Of a stretch of 28,466 nucleotides of DNA, positions 1 through 12,006 are shown piece after piece. Under the pieces are notes generated by a model that did no database searches, was not told where the DNA came from, and saw nothing but the letters and a program-made list of their open reading frames with translations. The translations under genes and the position numbers were made by a program. Positions within the stretch are counted from its first letter, which is position 1; every line of letters begins with the position of its first letter. The stretch comes from Moniliella sp. 'wahieum' (Eukaryota): assembly GCA_003971905.1 (NCBI GenBank), contig RSEE01000025.1, forward strand, positions 744,001 through 772,466. Reading direction: 5' to 3'.

Positions 1-1185
1 TGACGTGTACAGCCGCTGGGACAGCGAGACGCGTCACCGTGCTGAACTGGTGCTGGGTGCACTCCATGGCGAGGGTGCCCAGACGCTGCTCTATGGCTCG
101 GGCTTGGCCGCTGCCGCCGCTGCCATCACCCACCTTTTCCCCCTCGGTCGTCGCCATTCGCAAGGGGTATCCGGGCGTGCATGGCGCGCTCAAAGCGTAC
201 GCGCGCGGTCGCAAGCTCACCATTCTCGACCTCGATGATCCCTATCCCACCGTGCCTGTTGACGACCAAGAGCCCATCCCTGGTTCGGACCAGCGGCGCG
301 GCGGCCTGCTCGTCTGGCTCGAGTGCCCGCTCAACCCTACAGGCGAGGCACGCGATATCCAGCACTACGCCGACCGAGCCCATGCAGTAGGCGGATTCCT
401 CGTTGTCGACTCGACGTTTGCCCCGCCGCCGCTGCAAAACCCGTTTGCCCAAGCGGCCGACTTGGTGGTACGTTCGTCTCCCCTCTTGCTTTGCTTTTCC
501 TATTTCGCGTACGCACCCCATCCCAGCGATCTGACCCCCACCCACCCCATGTAGATGCACAGTGGAACGAAGTACTTGGGTGGCCACTCGGACTCCTCGC
601 TGGGGTTTCGTCACGCGCTCCAAGGCCGTGTGGAACACGCTGTTTGAAGATCGAATCCACCAAGGTGGCGTACCGGGCAACCTGGAGTCGTTCCTGCTGC
701 TCCGATCGTTGCGTACGCTTCCGCTGCGTGTGGAGCGACAGGCATCTTCGGCGCTCGCGCTGGCTACTTGGCTGCAGTCTGACTGTGCAGGGCGAGGCGG
801 CGCTCGACCCGCAAGACGCGGCCTTGGGCAAGGGCAAAGTGGTGGACTGGTGTGGCACCCGTCGTTGCAGCCCTGGACCGAGACGCATACCCCCTTTGGA
901 CGTCAACTCGAGTCGGTCGGATTTGATCCCCGTACCCAGATGCACGGCGGCTTTTCACCTGCTTCTCTCTTCCACCTGGCCCAGACCCACGTCGCAACCC
1001 ACCTCGCCCACAACCCGCTACTTATCCCGGCCACCTCGTTGGGCGGCGTAGAGTCGTTGCTGGAACAGCGCATTGTCGTTAACCCCGACGAAGACCCGGG
1101 CGTGGTGCGTGTCTCGGTCGGGTTGGAGAGTGTGGAGGATCTCAAGGCCGACTTGCGCACCGCATTTCTCACTTTGCTCCAGTAA
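1..1185 (+). CDS. Cys/Met metabolism PLP-dependent enzyme (cystathionine gamma-synthase/lyase family), 5' end outside window
   Basis: Motifs YSRW, LYGSGLAA, WLECPLNPTG, VVDSTFAPP. After an intron at 468-554 (GTACGT...CTGAC...TAG) comes MHSGTKYLGGHSD (PLP-binding Lys), then ATSLGGVESLLE and RVSVGLE. Stop TAA ends at 1185. Several frameshifts. Confidence 0.9.
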
Positions 1186-1509
1186 CTAGTAATGCCCAAC
1201 CTAGTTGAACGTGACTCGGCTGGTTGCTTCCAGTTGCCTCCTCCTAGTACACTCTTGTGCCGGCACTGTTCCCCCCCACCTGGGTTGCGAGCAGCCTGCA
1301 CATTTGGCCAGTGGTTGGTTACAAACAAAGACGTCTATGGTGCACAAATCATCACTGTGGGTAGCTCGCTGGCTGGTTGGATAGTGGATTCGTTTATTCG
1401 TGTGGGCACATATGAGGGGAAAATATCGAAAACGCTTCGAAGTCGATAGAGAGAGGGTACATGTACATTGGACCAATGGGCCGGCAGGACGACGGGTACC
1501 CTGACGCCC

Positions 1510-3714
1510 TTACGCCTTCTTGGCTGCCTCGGCTTGCTCCTCCGCAATCTCTTGAATCTCATCATCAATCGCAATCTCCTCATCCAGGTCCTCCACTTGC
1601 AGGTTGGGGCGATGAATAAAGTCGGTAATGAGCTTCTTGTACGGGTGGGGCACGCCTTGTGGGTTGTTCCTGCGCACAAACGGAAGTACTACTCGGCATA
1701 GACATTGCCGTCGGCACGGCCGAAGGGCGAGTTGATAATGTGGTCCGACAACACAAAGCTGTCGTCAACGGCACTGCAAATCCACGCACCGTCTTGCACA
1801 GCGCTGACACACTCGCCTGGACCGTATCCAACTGCGTGGGCGCCAGCCAGCCCGAACGCAAAAGTGCGCCGCCTTCTCCTCCATCTGCCACAGACCGTAC
1901 AGCTCGCCACCGTCGTCAACGTCGCCCGCACCCCATCCTTGTCCGCAGACGGCGGCAGTTGCTTGATGGCATTGTGGAACTGACGGAAAATGTAGTTCGA
2001 GGTGTGGACCGAGGCGGCAACAAAGGTAGCCTGCGAACACGCTTCCAATGACGCTTGCTTGTTCAGCCCCTTCTTTTGTGCGGCCACCACATCGTCCGCC
2101 GCCTTCTTGACCAGCATGGCCGAAGCAGCGTCAAAGCCCTTTTGGATTCCCTCGAGCGAGTCGAGATCGGCATCGCTGGCTTTCGAGCTCAAGTTCTTCT
2201 CCCGTACGTCCGAGCCGAGGTAGGTGAGTGCCTCCGACATGGGCTTGCCCTTGACCGCGTCCACATAGGCTTGCACCAAGAACCGACCCGATTGGAGCGC
2301 CAGAATCGTATTGTCGCCTTCCCACGTGCAGTGCACCGCAAAGTCAGAGAACATGTTGGCCAGACCATTGTACGCCGAGTACCCGTGTCCTCCGAGCGAT
2401 TGCCGCGACTTTTCAATCGCGTCGAGCGTGGCCCAGGTGCAGAACGCCTTGAGACCAGCCGAGGTTGAGTGCGTCTGCTTCAGCATGTCCACGTGCGTTC
2501 GAGGTTAGGGTCACCAGGCTCCAGCGCCTCCAGCGCCTTGCTCGTCTCGTCGTACATGGCCGTCATCTCGAGCGCAGTAAAGCCAAATGCGACCGCCTGC
2601 GCCAAGAGCGGCAGCAAACGCCGTTGGTGAATCGGGTAGTCAAGCAACTGCGTCTCCAACTTTTGCGATGGGTCCGACTTGAATTGCCGTCGCACCGCCG
2701 CATACCGCACCGAAATGGTAAGTGCCTTCTTGGCCGTGTTGGCACTGTCGGCGACCATGGCGGTACGACCACCGAGCAGAGCACCGTACGTCAGCTGCGC
2801 CAGTGGCGGCTCCCGCACCTCGCCTTCGCGAGTAACCTGGGTGTGCTTCATCAGCATGTAGGCACGTGGGATGCGCACATTGGTGAATTGAATGTAACCA
2901 TTGTCAATTCCGTCGCGGCCCATCTTTTTACCAATGTCACCAATGTTGATGCCGGGAAGCAGGTCAAACGTCTGCGTGTTGCGCAGCGGAACAATAAACG
3001 TCTTGACACCATAGTCCTTGCCATCCACAATCAGACGCGCAAACACAGAGCAGTGCGTCGCCGTTTGGGCCGCACCGCCAATCCACCACTTGGTCGCACC
3101 CAGGTGCGGGGTATGGATGACAAACTCATCGGTTTTGGGGTCAAACGTGGCGCGCGTCTCGAGACCGGCAACGTTCGAGCCGTGCTGCAGCTCAGTCATG
3201 CCAAAGCATCCAACCATGCCCTGGAGCGTAATGACACCCTTGTCAATCCAGTATAGAACTGGTTGGCAGTGGCGCCCGAGCGGATGGCACCCAGGAACAG
3301 GCCATAGTGCACGCCAAACCGGGTCCAGAAGCCAGGGTCAAAGCCCGATGAGCTCCATGCGCCTTTGGAAGTCCTCGACCGACTCGTTGGTAACGTAGTG
3401 CACAAGAGAAGTGATGCGCTTCATGGTCAACTCGCGCAGCTGCTCCTTGCTCAAGTCGTAGAAGTTGCCCATGTAGAAGAGGGGTTGCGCTCGAGCTCGA
3501 GCATTTGTTTTTCCTTGAGCAGGAGCGCTGCTTCGGTGCCATGCTGGGCAATGGCCAGCTGGAGCGCGAAGATGCGGATTGGTCAGCGGGCACGCGGGTT
3601 GGGGGGGGGGGGGGGGGGGAAGAAGGCACATACAGCGCGGACGTTGAACGGCGGGTTGGCACGCTCTTGCATCATGGTGGTGACGCTCTGCTTGTCGATC
3701 CACTTGGTCGTCAT
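1510..3714 (-). CDS. Acyl-CoA oxidase (peroxisomal beta-oxidation, POX family)
   Basis: [75 protein letters not shown] at 3714 (MTTKWIDK), intron 3559-3633, stop TAA at 1510-1512. Split over several ORFs by frameshifts. Confidence 0.93.
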
Positions 3715-3726
3715 GGTGGGCAGGCA

Positions 3727-3775
3727 GGGGTGGTGGAGGCGGGGGGAGTGGGGGTGGGGTGGGGGTGGGGGTGGG
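3727..3775 (+). other. G-run cluster with G-quadruplex potential immediately upstream of the acyl-CoA oxidase start
   Basis: GGGGGGAGTGGGGGTGGGGTGGGGGTGGGGGTGGG: more than four G-tracts with 1-3 nt loops. Confidence 0.4.
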
Positions 3776-6700
3776 AGTACGGCCGGCAAGTGCGGAGGCT
3801 TTTTATCGCCCGACTTTGGCGTGGGCCTGCCGGGAGCCAGTGTGGGGAAGGGCCAGTGTGGACGCGGCTGCCCACTGCCGCCGGCTGAGGCCCAGCCGCC
3901 CGGCACCGCCTAACCCTACGCGCCGGCACGCGTCTACCCGGCCGGGCCGGACACACGGCCTGGCTGTGAAATGGCTATGACGTAACGCGCGCACCACACC
4001 ACACCAGTGCGCGCCCCCGCGCTCGCACCAGCCGCAGCGCCCCATGCGTGAAAACCTCCGCCGCACCGCACCGGTGTTCGGCTTACGCCCGCCGGGAGCA
4101 CACCGAGGCGCACCTAATCTGCGCCCTGCCACTGCCCCCGTGCGGGCGTGTGCCGGACGCACCACGCGCACGCAGCGTCGCGGTGGAGGTGGCTGGGCCA
4201 GTGCCAGCGTCTGCGGCGCTAATGCATAATGCCGCTGCGCGTGCGCCGGCTGGCGCTGCCCGCGACGCGCTGCCACCTCGGCTCCGCCAAGTCCGTCGCT
4301 TTCAAAATCCAAGCCATCGCCTGCCTGGCCAGGCCTAGTCTCTTCTCCCCATTCACTCGTCACGCGTCACGCGTCCAGCAACCTCATCATTAATCATTAA
4401 TCAGCCACCCCCCTCCTCCTCGCACCTGCCCTGCCGTCCCGGTCGACGCGCTCAGATCCCTCAGACTCAGACAAGTGTGGACTGTCCCCCCTGCTCCGCC
4501 CTGGACACCTGCCCAAAGTCAGCCCATCTCGTCCTGCGCCCGACCCCGGGGAACACACCCGGTCCGCGTGTGACATGTGACGCACAACGCGTGGCACAGC
4601 TACTGCTTCGACCCTCTGTCCCCGCACGCTTTGGCTCGCAGTAGGTGTCCCTTCCAGACGCGTCTTCGTTTTCTCTCTGATCTCTCAGATCGAACACCTC
4701 AGGGGTACCTAGTACCTGCCCTCTGTGTGGATGTCGCCTGCATCTGAGATCGGATGGCGCTCTAGCATCTTTTCTTCTTGCTAGTAGCATTCACAAATAG
4801 ACTTCACACACTAACCTCCTTCTCCGGATCAAAATACCCCGCGTTAAAGCTTCAGGCTCTATCGACTATCATTTCAAGAATTTCAAGGTCGACCCACTCT
4901 GCCCACAAGTGTGATTTGTGATTCACCGCATATGGCCTGCTTTTCTGAATGGCGCGGCAACGCGCAACGGGTACCGCATGAGATTATGGACCGGTACTAG
5001 CTATTACTAGAAAAAGTGATAGTCGCCTCTGTTTTGTCTGACCTCTGACCTCTCTGGCATACTGTCGTAGAAAACCTCTTCAGCTTCATTCTGCATGGGT
5101 TTCAAGCTTCAAGCTTCATCGATAATCGACAATCCTTCAAGCGCTCAAGCTCCATCGATCATCGACCTATCACACTCAAGCATATAAATGCCAGCACGCA
5201 ACGAGTTTTAGCGTACTCAATACTCATAAGTGAGGCACTGCGACGGAGGCCATGCCACAGGATCGGTGTCGCAATCTGATCTGCGCCAACATGTGGGGAA
5301 CTTCACCCACCCCGCCCTGTAAGGATCGGCGCGGGTACGAGGGAGAACCACAACAACTACCGCCAATAAGGAAACTTAGCAAAGGATGCATTGGTAAAGA
5401 GAAGGAAACAGGATCAGCGAAGAGCAGTGAGATCTGAGAATATACTTGAAGATTTACCTGATTGTGTATGCTGTTGGGACCCGTGGTCCCGTACTTAGGC
5501 CAAGGTGCCTCATCACCCTTCACCCCTGATTTGTCCTCCGAAGCCTCCACGTGTATACTCAGGCTTGTTTGAACCCCTGTCTCTAGGTGTGGCACAAGGC
5601 TTAGACCTTGACCACGACCACCGCGATTGCATTGCTCTACACTTCCAGAGGTTCTTCGCCCAACCCCTTGGGCTCCTCCGGTCTTACATATGCTATACCA
5701 CGGCTGCACCTGCAGTTCCTGCTGAATCCTGAACTTGGTACTGTCGGGATGGGGCCTGAGAGGCTGCGACGGGGACAACCTCAACTATAAAGATCACATT
5801 TGTCCTTCTGATGAGAGACGGCACGAGGGACACTCAGATTGAGGTCTGCCAGGTGAGTGTAGCGTTGGAGGGGGCAAGTTTGATGCAAATTTTGATCGAA
5901 TTCGTCATGTGTTGAGTGCATCTCTCTATAAAGTTCTGACGGATCCCTGAGGGAATAAAGTCCCCCCAGGGTGGGAAACGAAATAACGATCACTTTTGAC
6001 ATGATCCTCGCGCGCAACTCTTACGCGCACTTCCTAAGCACGCGCGTGTGGTGCAGCCAAAAGGATATCAACGACTACCCTTTATAATTGCCTCAACTGG
6101 TTCGTACGCCGCGAACGCGGTTAGGACGAAGCATCATTGGTAGCACTATAGAGAGGTACGGAAGAAGTGTCCGCAATTGAAAGCGAGACTCAAGAAGACA
6201 CCTCAATTATTCGAGACGAATTGTCATAACATGTGGTCAAGCACAGCAACAGTAGAGGTTACAAAACGCTTAATGGCTTTCCTCAAGACTGGCAACACAG
6301 CTACAGGTGTCTCGAGCTCACTGATAAAAGCAGGTTCCGATTGATATCCGGCTTTGTTCCTTTGGTGCCGCTGTTAACGCGCAGCAAGCGCAAGGATAGG
6401 ATATGATGTTATAGCTTGAACACATCTTGGTTCCTTCCCTCCATACCCCCACAACAAGTTTGGAACGATTTGAGCGAGGCAATGTGTTGAGGAGCCGATT
6501 CTCAAGCATGAGTGCACCATCTCCGCGGTAGTCATATTCACAATCGGCCGGTTAGGGAGGCACAAGAGGAAAGGGGGACAGAGGAGGCAGGCCAGATGCA
6601 CATATTCCCGAATGATGAGACCACGTGTTTGGGGAGAACCGCAGGAATATAGTGATGGACCACCCCCCAAGGATTCGTGTACAAAAGGAGGCCATCATGG

Positions 6701-7287
6701 TTGTATATTAGAACGTGGTATATACGCGAGAGCTGAACCGTGAGTCATACTTTTTACTCCATCAACGAAGAAAGGCTCTATAAAAGGATTCTCGCTCCCT
6801 GCCTTCAAGGTTCTGTCATTTTCCATCCTCGCTCGACCTCCTAAATCACAAGGCAGCTCGCGCCTCCAAGCTTCATCATGCCCAACACAGAGCCGGAGAC
6901 TGCAAAGGAGTGCGTCTTCTAGTGAGGCATCAGACTTATTGTGTGCGCGCCGAGTTGATCGCCGCTCTGGCTTGGATCCGGACTGAGGATCCGCTGTCGC
7001 TTCGGGTTCGGTAGACGGGCCGGTCGACTGTGGGCAACGCACCTTTCAGCGTTGTCCTCCGTCCAAAAGCATTTTTTCCACATCGCCATTTTGCGTGGGA
7101 GACCCAGGGGGCAATCCAGAGAGGGGCTGAAGGTGCAACTCAGGGGAACTAGCCACACGTCTGACATATTAATGTCAGATGTGAGCCACAGTAGAGATGG
7201 TGGCCAGCGCTCACCGGTTGGAACCAGCTGAGATCGTGCTTGCGCCGGAGCGCTGGCCAGACCAATGCGTCTAACCCGTCCCGTCCG

Positions 7288-7520
7288 CAACTCGCGCTTA
7301 CCTACTCAGCCTACTTCCCCTCAGACTTTAACTTTGTCCAGGGAGGTAAGCTGCCGGGGCTGTACTCCTCTGTCGGGGCATCAGGTAATGTGCCGATCAA
7401 TGCTTCTACCTCCTCCGGCTGTGAAGGTGGGTCGCTCGACGGGACCGGCACCTCCTGCTGGTCGGCTCGGGTGATGTGGCGCGCAGACGGCCAAGGCGAG
7501 ATCTAAGTCTACATCCCCCA
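7288..7520 (+). pseudogene. Polysaccharide lyase family 14 (PL14, alginate/glucuronan lyase-like) remnant
   Basis: LTYSAYFPSDFNFVQGGKLPGLY...CWSARVMWRADGQGEI*VYIP matches the PL14 pattern F.F..GGKLPG / S.R.MWR..G.GE.Y.Y. An in-frame TAA sits at 7504-7506 where Tyr is expected. No recognisable intact N- or C-terminal part. Confidence 0.75.
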
Positions 7521-8993
7521 GAAGTTGGGGGGAGGGTACAAGCTTTGAGGGTTTCTCCATACTTCTTCTCCGCCATCTTCAAGTAAACGTTCATCCTGCC
7601 TCAGTGGTGTGCGATCATATCCATACTTTTCTTGTGGGCAATCGTACCATCAATGTTAGGCGTAATGCTCAGCTCACTACAACGGTATGGTGTGTGATCA
7701 ATGTGAGTAGGTCGGTACATATATGGTTCATACCACGTCTGATGTACACCATCATGATTGCCAGCAGGAAATGACCCCTGTGGCGACCCTAACCGTGCAA
7801 GCGTCGCAGAAGCTCAGTCCTTTCAAAGACGGTACATCGGGCTATATAATAGGCTGGCTCCAAGTGCTGCGTGAAAGAGGTACAAGAGTCATGGGCATAT
7901 GCGGAATGCTTCCAATGCCGTTTTCCTAAATACCGATCTAGGAAATCAGAATGAAAGTGCTCCAACTATGCACGGGCAAGCGGTCCCCCAACGTACTGGC
8001 CGCTTGCCTCCACAAGTTGTAAGCGCAAAGGGGAAGACGAATCGACAACGAGAGGGAGGGGACGTGACTGATTTCATATCGGGAACGAGGCTGAGGAGGG
8101 CAGATAACGAAAGGAGGAAAGAACATATGCTCTTCAAGCATTGTCCATTGTTTCTGAGGGCTATATAAATGCTTTTCTGTGGCTAATATCGGGCGCAGCG
8201 GCAGGTGTTCCTCAAGGTCGGTGTGGCCGGGCAAACGATGATGTGTGACGGGTGCTATTCCCATGGCCGGCGGTGGAAGTTACGGTTAGGACAGGGACGG
8301 CATCCGCTTAGGATGTACTATGACCTAACGGTGCATGCCCTTTGAAGATATCAGGAGATGGAGATGGGGGAAAGGATAGAGATCATATTCATCGAGTGGC
8401 ATGGAGCGAGGTATATATACCTCGGAGAAGAGGAGGCCGAGTGAGCTGACTCACACGGAGAAAACAAAAGGGGCATAGAACCAAAAGGGGGACAGGATCT
8501 AGAACAAAACAGGGTCCAGTGAAACTGGTGACATCGGTGACCAGGTGAGCCTGGTCCCGACAGAAGATGAACAGGTGGTCGAATTTGGGGGCGCCGAATG
8601 TATGTTTTAGTTGGCGCGGAGGGGTCCGGCTGGTCACTTATCAATCAAGACTTACATCCACCTGTCAGTTCTAGGGAAAACAACGCACCGTTGTCTGCCT
8701 GAACCCCAGAGTCGAAGGCGGTCTTTGTTGGGACTACCAAAAGAATGTGTTGCCCCTCCATCCGCGCTTTGCGAAGTCTGTAGAAAGGAGCGCTCCACTC
8801 CCCCCCCACCATCTACATAGCAGCAGCAAAACCCTACTGAGCCACATGGAGGAGGATGCTGATTTCAACATTGCAATCACAAGCGGAACCAGCGCCGAAA
8901 TTTTGTGACCGGGCGGAATGCGCAGCGAGATGGCGCAACTGTCCTCAGGAAGAAGAGTTTGCTGGCCCCCACCACATCCAATTTTTGCCCATC

Positions 8994-9909
8994 ATGTCAG
9001 GTTTGCCAGCTAAGCCCACCGCGCCCATGGGCAACGTCCCTGCCGCCGAGCCCACCGAGCCTGCCGCTTCGGCCGACCCCAAGCCTTCCTCTGCGTCCAA
9101 CGACGAGGAGGCGGGGACAAGACGGTGTTTGATGACCAGGAAAATTTTACTCTCTCGCACCCGCTCGCTTCCACCTGGACCATGTACGCCGACCTGCCCA
9201 GCTCCAATCGCCGCGCCACCTCTTCTTCCTGGGGCCAAACGATGGAGAAGCTGGCCGACGTGGACACAGTCGAGGCGTTCACTGGGTACGTGCCAACCCC
9301 TTTTCCCAACTCTTCTTTTTCCACCCCCTCCCCTCCCCTTGGCGAGCACGAAAGCTAACCACGAACCCCTGCTGTCAAGTCTGTTCCACCATGTGCCTGC
9401 GCCGACGCAGCTTGGCCAAAAAATGACTTTTTACCTTTTCCGGGATGGAATTCAGCCGGCCTGGGAGGACAAGGGGAACGTTGGTGGTGGCTCGTGGAAC
9501 GTGCAGTTCCCAGGGACAAGTCGGCGGGCAAGATTGATGACATGTGGCGCAACACGATGCTTGCCGCGATTGGCGAGACGTTGGACATTCCTTTCCCCTC
9601 GGGCGCGCGTCCGATCCAGAACCTGGACAAGGCCCCCTCGGTCGTGGCCGGCGTCGCGTTGGCGGCGCGGCCGAACTTTTACCGTATTTCCATCTGGACC
9701 CCTCGCCTCCGGATGCGAACAAGAATGCGGAGGATGATGTGGCGCGCATCGGCCAGCGCACGTACGATGTCGGCTTGAACTTCAAGGTCCATGCTCTTGG
9801 CTTTACGCAGGAGGAAAGGTTGAGCACCGCCTACGGCTCCGAGGTCGAGTTCCAGTCCCATGAGGATGCAGGTCGGAACAAGGGCCGCAAGGGTAAGGTG
9901 GGCGTTTAG
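8994..9909 (+). CDS. Eukaryotic translation initiation factor 4E family protein (divergent)
   Basis: HPLASTW, FYLFRDGIQPAWED..N.GGGSW, DDMWRNTMLAAIGET, RPNFYRISIW, EFQSHED. Intron 9286-9379 (GTACGT...GCTAAC...AAG). Stop TAG ends at 9909. Frameshifted. Confidence 0.9.
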
Positions 9910-10539
9910 GTTCCCCCTTTCGTGTAGTCTACCGACCGCGTCTCTTCTTCCTCTGCTCTCCTCCCCCTCGTGCGAGACTCTACAGTGGAGGTGGTAGAGC
10001 GCTCCGCCTGTGAGCCGCTAGACTCTAGCTGCCGCCCCTACAGCTCACATGCCCCCCAACCCATGGCCATTTCTCTTGTGCCGCTATTTCTACGAATCCT
10101 TTTCTCCCTCGTTGGCTTGTGCTTCTGTCACGTTATTCGGATGTCATCTTCTACACCAACTCCAAAGCCATGCATCTCTTGTTCTTGCCCAACATGTCAC
10201 ATGTTGCCAATGCAGCTCCGTCCATTCCACTGCAGGACCAAAGGCGTTCGGCTGGAAAGGTTCGAGCCCTCGGTTGGCTGGACTGGATACTAGGTACTGG
10301 AAGCGGGCAGTTGCATCTTATAGGGGCTCAGGCGCTCAGGCTGAGCTATGACACTGACGGGATGACTTGGACGACCGAAGGAGAATGCGTTGCGTGGGAG
10401 GAGGCCTTGCCGCCGCGAAACGGGGGCCAATGTACCTGGCCCGTTAAGCGACTCGATTGGTTGGTCCGGTAGTTAGGCCTTAGGGGTCAGTATGTCAGTC
10501 GCTGACCGATCAGAATGCGTTGAGCGTTAGTGAGTACGT

Positions 10540-11290
10540 GAACGTTGTACACATCAACGCGCCAACGTTCACGTTAAGCTTAACGTTAACGCTAAGCCTT
10601 AGTAGCGCAGCAGAGAGAAGAGCCGCGGCTTCCCAGGGACTTGAAGCTTGAAGCTGACACCCAGGGGGTTGGATGGAGTAGGTCGATTAAATGGTTGACC
10701 GAATGAACCAGGGGCACCAGCAGGGACACTCGAGGAAGGGGCAGGGGAAGCCGACGCTAAGTACCGTTACACGTTAAACGTTAAACTTGAACGTTGAAGA
10801 CGTTGAATCTTGAAGCTTGAAGCTCATCTGGGCAAGATGGCCAGATAGAAGATGTCCTTGGAAACGGTGCAAAACAGGGAGGGAGCATCGAGCACACGGC
10901 TATGTTGGTGCCGCACGTGCTGGCCCAGAAGGCGGTGTACGGAATCCAAGGATGTGCCCTCCATCATGCATCGCTAGCACACTAGTCACTAGTCCTAGTC
11001 ACTAGTCACGTCACCAGCTGGAGCCACTAGTCACTACTAACAAGTCCCGACTCTGGACCGAGATCGTCGATTCGATGACATGATGACATCTGAGATCCTC
11101 CGGTCTCTGAGATACGTACTCTCTAACGCTCCGAGGCGCCACGCAGCAGCCGATGCAATCAGTTATTAATCATACTCGGTACAGAGCGTGAGGCTTGAGG
11201 TACTGAGTAACTCAACCCTGTACGTGAGTACACTGAGTACAGAGTCCTCGCAGTCTTAGTACGTTTAGTACTCACTTACTGATACCAGCT
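10540..11290. repeat. Intergenic zone of short degenerate 7-bp-period repeats built on palindromic hexamers (AACGTT, AAGCTT, ACTAGT, AGTAC(T))
   Basis: CTTGAAGCTTGAAGCT at 10640-10655; ACGTTAAACGTTAAA...TTGAAGCTTGAAGC at 10771-10824; CACTAGTCACTAGTCCTAGTCACTAGTCAC at 10980-11009; TACTGAGTA/ACTGAGTAC at about 11200-11240. Confidence 0.7.
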
Positions 11291-11923
11291 GCGATCAAAC
11301 TGGCGGTCTGGCGCAACTTGCACATCTGCACCACGGGGCCATTGTTCAATCTACGCGGCGTTCCCGCACTGCGCCCTGCTTCAGAAGACCCAGGCTGTCA
11401 AAGGCAGCGCACTCATCCTATTCACTTTTCCTAACGCTTCATAACGATGGGACGTTGGAGTGGATTGGAACGCCTCGTGCCCAACGCCGACAGCCTCCAT
11501 TGCCGGTTTCATACCCTCTTCAGCTTGATCGAATCCCTGTTGCTCCGGGCCACCCTACCTTACATGTTACAAGCCTTGATGTGCCCCGTACCGGTGACGG
11601 ATGGTGGGGTGGCTGATACTCAAAACGGAATGTACTGAATCGATAGTCGATAGTCCTTGGTAAATTTGAAAACTCAATAAGCGAATCCAGTGCCCCGTGC
11701 TGAGTGGCTGAGCCTTGCTGCGCCGTTGCGGGCATGTTGAGCAGCGGGGCTGCAGCGGCTGAGTGCTGCCTGCGCCTGCTGCGCCCGCTCTGGAACCTGG
11801 GGTGTCCAGTGTGTGGCTTGAAAAATCCCGAAGATAGGGGCGGGAACGCCCATTGTACTACGTGCAACGTTCAACGTAGTGTTCGTTCGTCGAACGTCGT
11901 TGAGGTTGAACTTGATGCGTTCT

Positions 11924-12006
11924 CATCGACCATCGACCATCGACCATCGACCATCGACCATCGACCATCGACCATCGACCATCGACCATCGACCATCGAC
12001 CATCGA
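11924..12006 (+). repeat. Perfect heptamer tandem array (CATCGAC)11 plus a partial unit
   Basis: Eleven exact CATCGAC units at 11924-12000, followed by CATCGA. Confidence 0.97.

Noticed and set aside
3601..3619. Poly-G run as a functional element
   Set aside because: It lies inside the acyl-CoA oxidase intron as a poly-C tract on the coding strand, and homopolymer length is unreliable in this data.
5224..6017. Minus-strand ORFs as retrotransposon gag remnants
   Set aside because: No zinc knuckle, protease, reverse transcriptase or integrase motif recognisable.
10259..10269. GGTTCGAGCCC, a tRNA B-box/T-loop-like word
   Set aside because: Only about 3 bp of T-stem, and no acceptor, D or anticodon arms can be folded.
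5101..10830. TTCAAGCTTCAAGC at 5101 and its reverse complement at 10641 and 10810 as terminal inverted repeats of a large transposon
   Set aside because: The match is limited to a low-complexity heptamer, there is no transposase or target-site duplication, and the interval contains eIF4E.
11924..12006. CRISPR array, or repeat-protein ORFs (STIDHRP / MVDGRWS)
   Set aside because: No spacers and a eukaryotic context; the ORFs are simply translations of the heptamer array.
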